Assembly: GCA_965218785.1 (NCBI GenBank)
Contig: OZ244650.1
Location: 224,001-288,000 of the forward strand
Direction of reading: 5' to 3'
Origin: Nitrosopumilus sp.
Lineage (GTDB): Archaea; Thermoproteota; Nitrososphaeria; Nitrososphaerales; Nitrosopumilaceae
Length of the DNA stretch: 64,000 nt
The translations under genes and the position numbers were made by a program. Positions within the stretch are counted from its first letter, which is position 1, and every line of letters begins with the position of its first letter. Below are positions 59,858 to 64,000 of this stretch, piece after piece. The notes beneath the pieces are model-generated. The model had not been told where the DNA came from. It worked only from the letters and a program-made list of their open reading frames with translations, and did not search any database.

Positions 59858-61369
59858 CTAGACGAAAGATTTTTTCCGAATGTCTTTTGGCAGCATTTTT
59901 ATAAAATGCTTCAGGAACATGTCTTTTCTATCATAATGAACTTCTGAAAATTTGTTGTTATCAAAGAAATGTTTCCATGTCTTTTCAAAGGCGGGAAACT
60001 CGCCTGGATCAAAGTCTATCCTAGAAGTTTCATGATGTGCTGCAGGGTAGATGTCTGAAATTTCAATTGGAATCAACCCCAGATGCGGATTATACTGACA
60101 TATCTGCATGGAATCAAAATCTTTTAATTTTTTTCCAAGTTCAACATATTCACGTGACAGATACCCAGGTTTTGTATTTGATTCCTTAGTGATGAGGATC
60201 TTTTTTTTCTTTGATTTGAATCTTCGAATCATGCTGTGATATCCCTGAACCTCCGGACGGAATTGGTCTTCCTTGTCATAGAGAAAAATGGCCCTTTCTT
60301 TGAATTTGGGTGTAGAGATACTGAAAAACTCGTGGTTGTCTGTCATGACTTTGATCATCTCAAATAATTTGGGATGTGCTCTTGCCTTTTTTATTACATA
60401 CTCCCACAACCTTCCTTCGTGGATTGATTGTTTTACCCTGTCCACTTCTAGCTTGATTGCATGCAGATTATGAACTGCCAGCTGATTGATTTTTTCAGTC
60501 ATCTCAAGCTGGCGCAGTTCGTCTGGCGTATATTTTGAACACACCTCGCAATTACATGGAAATACGGCAATATCAGCCAAATAACGCGTACCGTCATCTG
60601 TAATGTATCTCAGATGTTTGGCATAAAGCATGTAGGATGCCGAGTCAAACGTATCACACCCCAGGGCCACTGCAAACGGTATCGTTAGGGGGTGTCCTGC
60701 CCCAAAGAGATGCAAAGGAATGGAATGGGGCATCTGTTTTTTTGCGGCAACTATCATCTGTGCCAGCAGTCTGTATTCATATGATTCCATGAATTCAACC
60801 GGACTCCCCAGAGCCAGCATCTTAAAGCCAATATCCACCAATTTCTTTGTCGATTTTGCGACAAGTTCAAAATGCTCGCCACCCTGAATCGGACCAATCC
60901 AAATCTGGCCATTGTCCTTGCTATTATCAAGTGTCTGTTTTGAAACTCGAAGTGTGTGGTTAACGTATGCCTCTGCCTTTTTTAACGGCAATCCAAATCC
61001 GGTTGGCTTGTCAAGTGGAATCGCAAAGTCAGTCAGAATCCCCCCCTCAAAGTCTGCCATCTCCGGCGGTGATACCTTGAGATCCCCGTATTCCAGAACT
61101 TGATAACCTCCAGAATCCGTCATGATTGCACCATCAAAATCTATAATTTTATGAATTCCTTTTTCTACGGCTGTATTGCCGAAATTGTTTCTTGTGATGT
61201 ATGCGTTTGTAATTACTAGATCAAAACCGATGGATTGGATTTTCTTTGATGGTATTGTCTGCTTTACCGGATGAATAACAGGTACGTATGCAGGCGTCTC
61301 AATTTTTCCATGATTGGTGTGTAGAATGCCGATTCTTCCTGCCAAGTCCGTTTTGGAAATTTCAAACAA
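59858..61369 (-). CDS. tgtA: archaeosine tRNA-guanine(15) transglycosylase
   Basis: ETPAYVPV, MTDSGGYQ, PIQGG, HLFGAGHP, GCDTFDSASY, CNCEVC...H, GRLWE...R.HP. Confidence 0.93.
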   Translation of the reverse strand: MFEISKTDLAGRIGILHTNHGKIETPAYVPVIHPVKQTIPSKKIQSIGFDLVITNAYITRNNFGNTAVEKGIHKIIDFDGAIMTDSGGYQVLEYGDLKVSPPEMADFEGGILTDFAIPLDKPTGFGLPLKKAEAYVNHTLRVSKQTLDNSKDNGQIWIGPIQGGEHFELVAKSTKKLVDIGFKMLALGSPVEFMESYEYRLLAQMIVAAKKQMPHSIPLHLFGAGHPLTIPFAVALGCDTFDSASYMLYAKHLRYITDDGTRYLADIAVFPCNCEVCSKYTPDELRQLEMTEKINQLAVHNLHAIKLEVDRVKQSIHEGRLWEYVIKKARAHPKLFEMIKVMTDNHEFFSISTPKFKERAIFLYDKEDQFRPEVQGYHSMIRRFKSKKKKILITKESNTKPGYLSREYVELGKKLKDFDSMQICQYNPHLGLIPIEISDIYPAAHHETSRIDFDPGEFPAFEKTWKHFFDNNKFSEVHYDRKDMFLKHFIKMLPKDIRKKSFV

Positions 61370-61400
61370 CAGTAACTACCTAACCAGAGGCGTTATTTAA

Positions 61401-61955
61401 TCAATCAGCAAAAAATTTTTTCAAATCACTGTTTTTTGCAACCAAGTCAAGCCAATCAACTTCCTCACCGCCTTCATGGCTGGAAATTACAGTCATCACC
61501 CTTTCCACCGTTTCTAGAATGCTTTTTCCGCTTGTGTTAACCTGGAATACCTTTTCCTGAAATTTACTTGTTGCATCATGTGCAATTATGCCCAGTATCT
61601 CACTGCCTGTATTTTCTCTGATTTTTTCAGCCGTGTACTTTCTCTCCTCATAAATGGGGATCAAATCATAAGGACTTTTTCTCAAGACGATCATTATTTT
61701 TATTCTGTTTTTGGCCAGAACGTAGGGTGCTAAATGACCCACAACCACATTTTTTCCTGAAATTTTTTCTCCAAGAATCTTTTCTAGTTTTGAGGCATCA
61801 ACCTCGTTTGCATTATCATCATTATCTTCAAACAGTCCTGCGTCTTTTGCCGTGTTGTTGATATCTATTATGGACAGGCCGAGCTTTTCGGCAATTTCCT
61901 GTGTTATGGTGTGTTTTCCCACCCCCGGACTACCTGTAATCACTACTACTGACAT
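61401..61955 (-). CDS. adenylate kinase AK6/Fap7-like
   Basis: ITGSPGVGK, VVVGH, R.Y..EKI.EN...E. Confidence 0.85.
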   Translation of the reverse strand: MSVVVITGSPGVGKHTITQEIAEKLGLSIIDINNTAKDAGLFEDNDDNANEVDASKLEKILGEKISGKNVVVGHLAPYVLAKNRIKIMIVLRKSPYDLIPIYEERKYTAEKIRENTGSEILGIIAHDATSKFQEKVFQVNTSGKSILETVERVMTVISSHEGGEEVDWLDLVAKNSDLKKFFAD

Positions 61956-62027
61956 GATATAACATCATGAATACTGCATTAAACGATTTCTGCAATACTA
62001 ATAAGTAGAATCAGCTTTTTGAGAATA

Positions 62028-63215
62028 ATGCAGATTGGATTGCTAGGAAAGGCAAATGTCGGAAAATCCACATTTTTCTCGGCTGCAACGGAAACCCCCG
62101 TGGCATCTGGTAATTTCCCTTTTACGACGATCAAACCAAATATTGGCGTGGCTTATCTCAGAGCAGATTGTGCCTGCAAGCATTTTGAGATGGAGCATGA
62201 AAATGTATTATGCGTTGATGGGATCCGTTTTATCCCCGTTAATCTCATTGATGTTGCAGGACTGGTTCCCGGTGCACATGAGGGAAAAGGACTGGGAAAC
62301 CAGTTTCTTGATGATGCACGACAGGCCGAAGTCCTGATTCACGTGCTTGACATTTCTGGAAGTACTGACATTCAAGGACAGCCTGTTCCAATTGGAACAC
62401 ATGATCCTCTGCAGGATATGGTGTTTGTACAGGATGAATTTGATCAATGGTTTGCAGACATTCTCAAGAGAGAATGGGATAAAATTACCCGTGAAATTGA
62501 TCAGAAAAGGGCAAAACTCACTGATGGTATTGCAAAACGATTCACAGGATTGGGCATCAAAGATTACCAAGTACATAAAGTATTACAAAAACTAGGTCTC
62601 ATCTCCAAAAATCCAAAAGAATGGGCGGATTCTGATATCCAAACCTTTGTTAAAGAATTAAGGAAGGATACCAAACCGATGGTCATTGCTGCAAACAAGG
62701 CAGATCTCTGCCAGAGTCTTGATATTCTTAAAAAAATTTCTGATCCCGTGATTCCCTGCAGTGCCGAAACAGAATTACTTTTGCGCAAGGCATCAAAAGC
62801 CGGAATTGTGACTTACTCTCCCGGAGACGAAGGCTTTGAAATAATTAAAGGAAAAGAGATTCTGCCTCCCCAACAAAAGGCACTAGATCTGGTAAAGTCT
62901 GTATTTGATAAAATTCCATCCACTGGAATTCAAAAAATCTTAAACAGTGCCGTCTTTGACTCCCTAAAGTTCATCGTTGTATATCCGGTGGAAGATGAGA
63001 CCAAACTAACTAACAAGGACGGTGTTATTTTACCTGACACAAAACTACTTCCTCAAAACTCCACTGCAAGGGATTTGGCAGGTTTAATCCACGCCGATAT
63101 TGCCAAGGGATTCTTGCACGCAATTGACTGCAAAACCAAACAACGAATCAGCGGTGAACAGGAACTAAAAAATGGCGATGTGATCAAGGTTGTGTCCACA
63201 TTGAGTAGGGGATGA
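62028..63215 (+). CDS. ychF: Obg-family redox-regulated ATPase YchF
   Basis: GKANVGKST, FPFTTI.PN, DVAGLVPGA..G.GLGN.FL, NKAD, C-terminal TGS domain. Confidence 0.92.
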   Translation: MQIGLLGKANVGKSTFFSAATETPVASGNFPFTTIKPNIGVAYLRADCACKHFEMEHENVLCVDGIRFIPVNLIDVAGLVPGAHEGKGLGNQFLDDARQAEVLIHVLDISGSTDIQGQPVPIGTHDPLQDMVFVQDEFDQWFADILKREWDKITREIDQKRAKLTDGIAKRFTGLGIKDYQVHKVLQKLGLISKNPKEWADSDIQTFVKELRKDTKPMVIAANKADLCQSLDILKKISDPVIPCSAETELLLRKASKAGIVTYSPGDEGFEIIKGKEILPPQQKALDLVKSVFDKIPSTGIQKILNSAVFDSLKFIVVYPVEDETKLTNKDGVILPDTKLLPQNSTARDLAGLIHADIAKGFLHAIDCKTKQRISGEQELKNGDVIKVVSTLSRG

Positions 63216-63216
63216 C

Positions 63217-64000
63217 ATGCTGGGTCTGGGAATCGAGAGTACTGCCCATACGTTCTCTTGTGCCATACTTGAAAAAAAAGGAAAGCAGGGCAGGATTCTC
63301 TCTGATGTGAGAAGGATTTATCGTCCCAAAGACGGGGAGGGAATTCATCCAAGGGAGGCATCACGTCATCACATTGAAAACAGTTCTCTGGTGCTGGCAG
63401 ACTGCCTTGGGGAGGCAGGTATCTCCATACGTGATTTGGATCTAATTTCTTATGCCGCAGGACCTGGACTAGGCCCGTGTCTGCGGGTAGGCGCAGTTGT
63501 TGCCAGATCTCTGGCCTCTTTTTATAAAATTCCAATCTATCCCGTAAATCATGCCATCGGCCATATTGAATTAGGAAAACTCCTTACAGGTGCAACCAAT
63601 CCCTTGGTGCTTTTAGTATCAGGCGGTCATACCATGATTCTTGCATTTCTCAACAAGCAGTGGAGGGTTTTTGGCGAGACTCTAGATATTACGCTGGGTC
63701 AACTGCTTGATCAATTCGGAAGATCCATCGGATTTGCCTCGCCATGTGGAAAAAATATAGAGGAACTGGCATTCAAATCTTCCAACTATGTTCCGTTACC
63801 ATACTCCGTCAAAGGCAACGATGTTTCCTTTTCTGGCTTGCTGTCTGCGACAAAATCCGCTGCAAGGAAAAACCAGATTGATGCATGTTACTCCCTTCAG
63901 GAGACTGCCTTTGCTATGATTAGTGAAGTCGTAGAACGTGCTTTGTCATTTACAGGTAAAAAGGAACTGATGATAGTCGGCGGTGTTGCAGCCAACAAAA
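63217..64000 (+). CDS. kae1: KEOPS t6A synthase Kae1 (3' end outside window)
   Basis: Manual translation MLGLGIESTAHTFSC...GGIHPREASRHH...GPGLGPCL...VNHAIGHIE...LLVSGGHT...GETLDI...GGVAAN. Confidence 0.93.
   Translation, partial: MLGLGIESTAHTFSCAILEKKGKQGRILSDVRRIYRPKDGEGIHPREASRHHIENSSLVLADCLGEAGISIRDLDLISYAAGPGLGPCLRVGAVVARSLASFYKIPIYPVNHAIGHIELGKLLTGATNPLVLLVSGGHTMILAFLNKQWRVFGETLDITLGQLLDQFGRSIGFASPCGKNIEELAFKSSNYVPLPYSVKGNDVSFSGLLSATKSAARKNQIDACYSLQETAFAMISEVVERALSFTGKKELMIVGGVAANK

Noticed and set aside
59858-61369. TGT as a DpdA-type DNA-modification enzyme linked to the DUF6884 pair
   Set aside because: It has canonical archaeosine TgtA length and motifs, sits in a housekeeping context, and is about 48 kb from the pair.
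4218-63535. Numerous antisense or out-of-frame ORFs in the track (e.g. 4218-4859, 25406-25894, 45830-46258, 63053-63535)
   Set aside because: Shadow ORFs of well-supported genes on the opposite strand or in another frame.

Overview
Archaeal DNA, most likely from an ammonia-oxidising thaumarchaeon of the Nitrosopumilaceae. The evidence is a Nitrosopumilus-type S-layer protein, a Rieske/cytochrome b/cupredoxin complex III, archaeosine TGT, Kae1 and CCA-less tRNAs. Core blocks are the end of a CDP-sugar glycosylation cluster, mtnA, a his operon (hisG-D-C-HAD-B-H-A-F-I), thrC with a ubiquitin-like/E1 fusion, the major S-layer gene plus an S8 peptidase, complex III, and an ogg/beta-CASP/ferredoxin/tgtA/AK6/ychF/kae1 block. 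There are two tRNA-Arg genes. Four accessory islets interrupt the core. (i) About 6.6-12.7 kb: a YhaM-like HD nuclease, an HhH-FeS glycosylase-like/DUF6884-like gene pair, a HEPN-like protein, tiny ORFs and an IS110 remnant. (ii) About 22.7-24.7 kb: a DUF5678-like plus retropepsin-like cassette. (iii) About 37.75-40.05 kb: a PD-(D/E)XK nuclease and an ABC-type ATPase. (iv) About 43.3-56.8 kb, next to tRNA-Arg(TCT): two tandem, mosaic S-layer paralogues fused to Ig-like stalks, and an Mrr-like endonuclease. The most striking signal is the S-layer paralogue pair, which appears to exchange sequence patches with the main S-layer gene and between its own internal repeats. Three genes carry single-base frameshifts that may be sequencing errors. 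All family calls come from motif recognition by eye; no searches were run.
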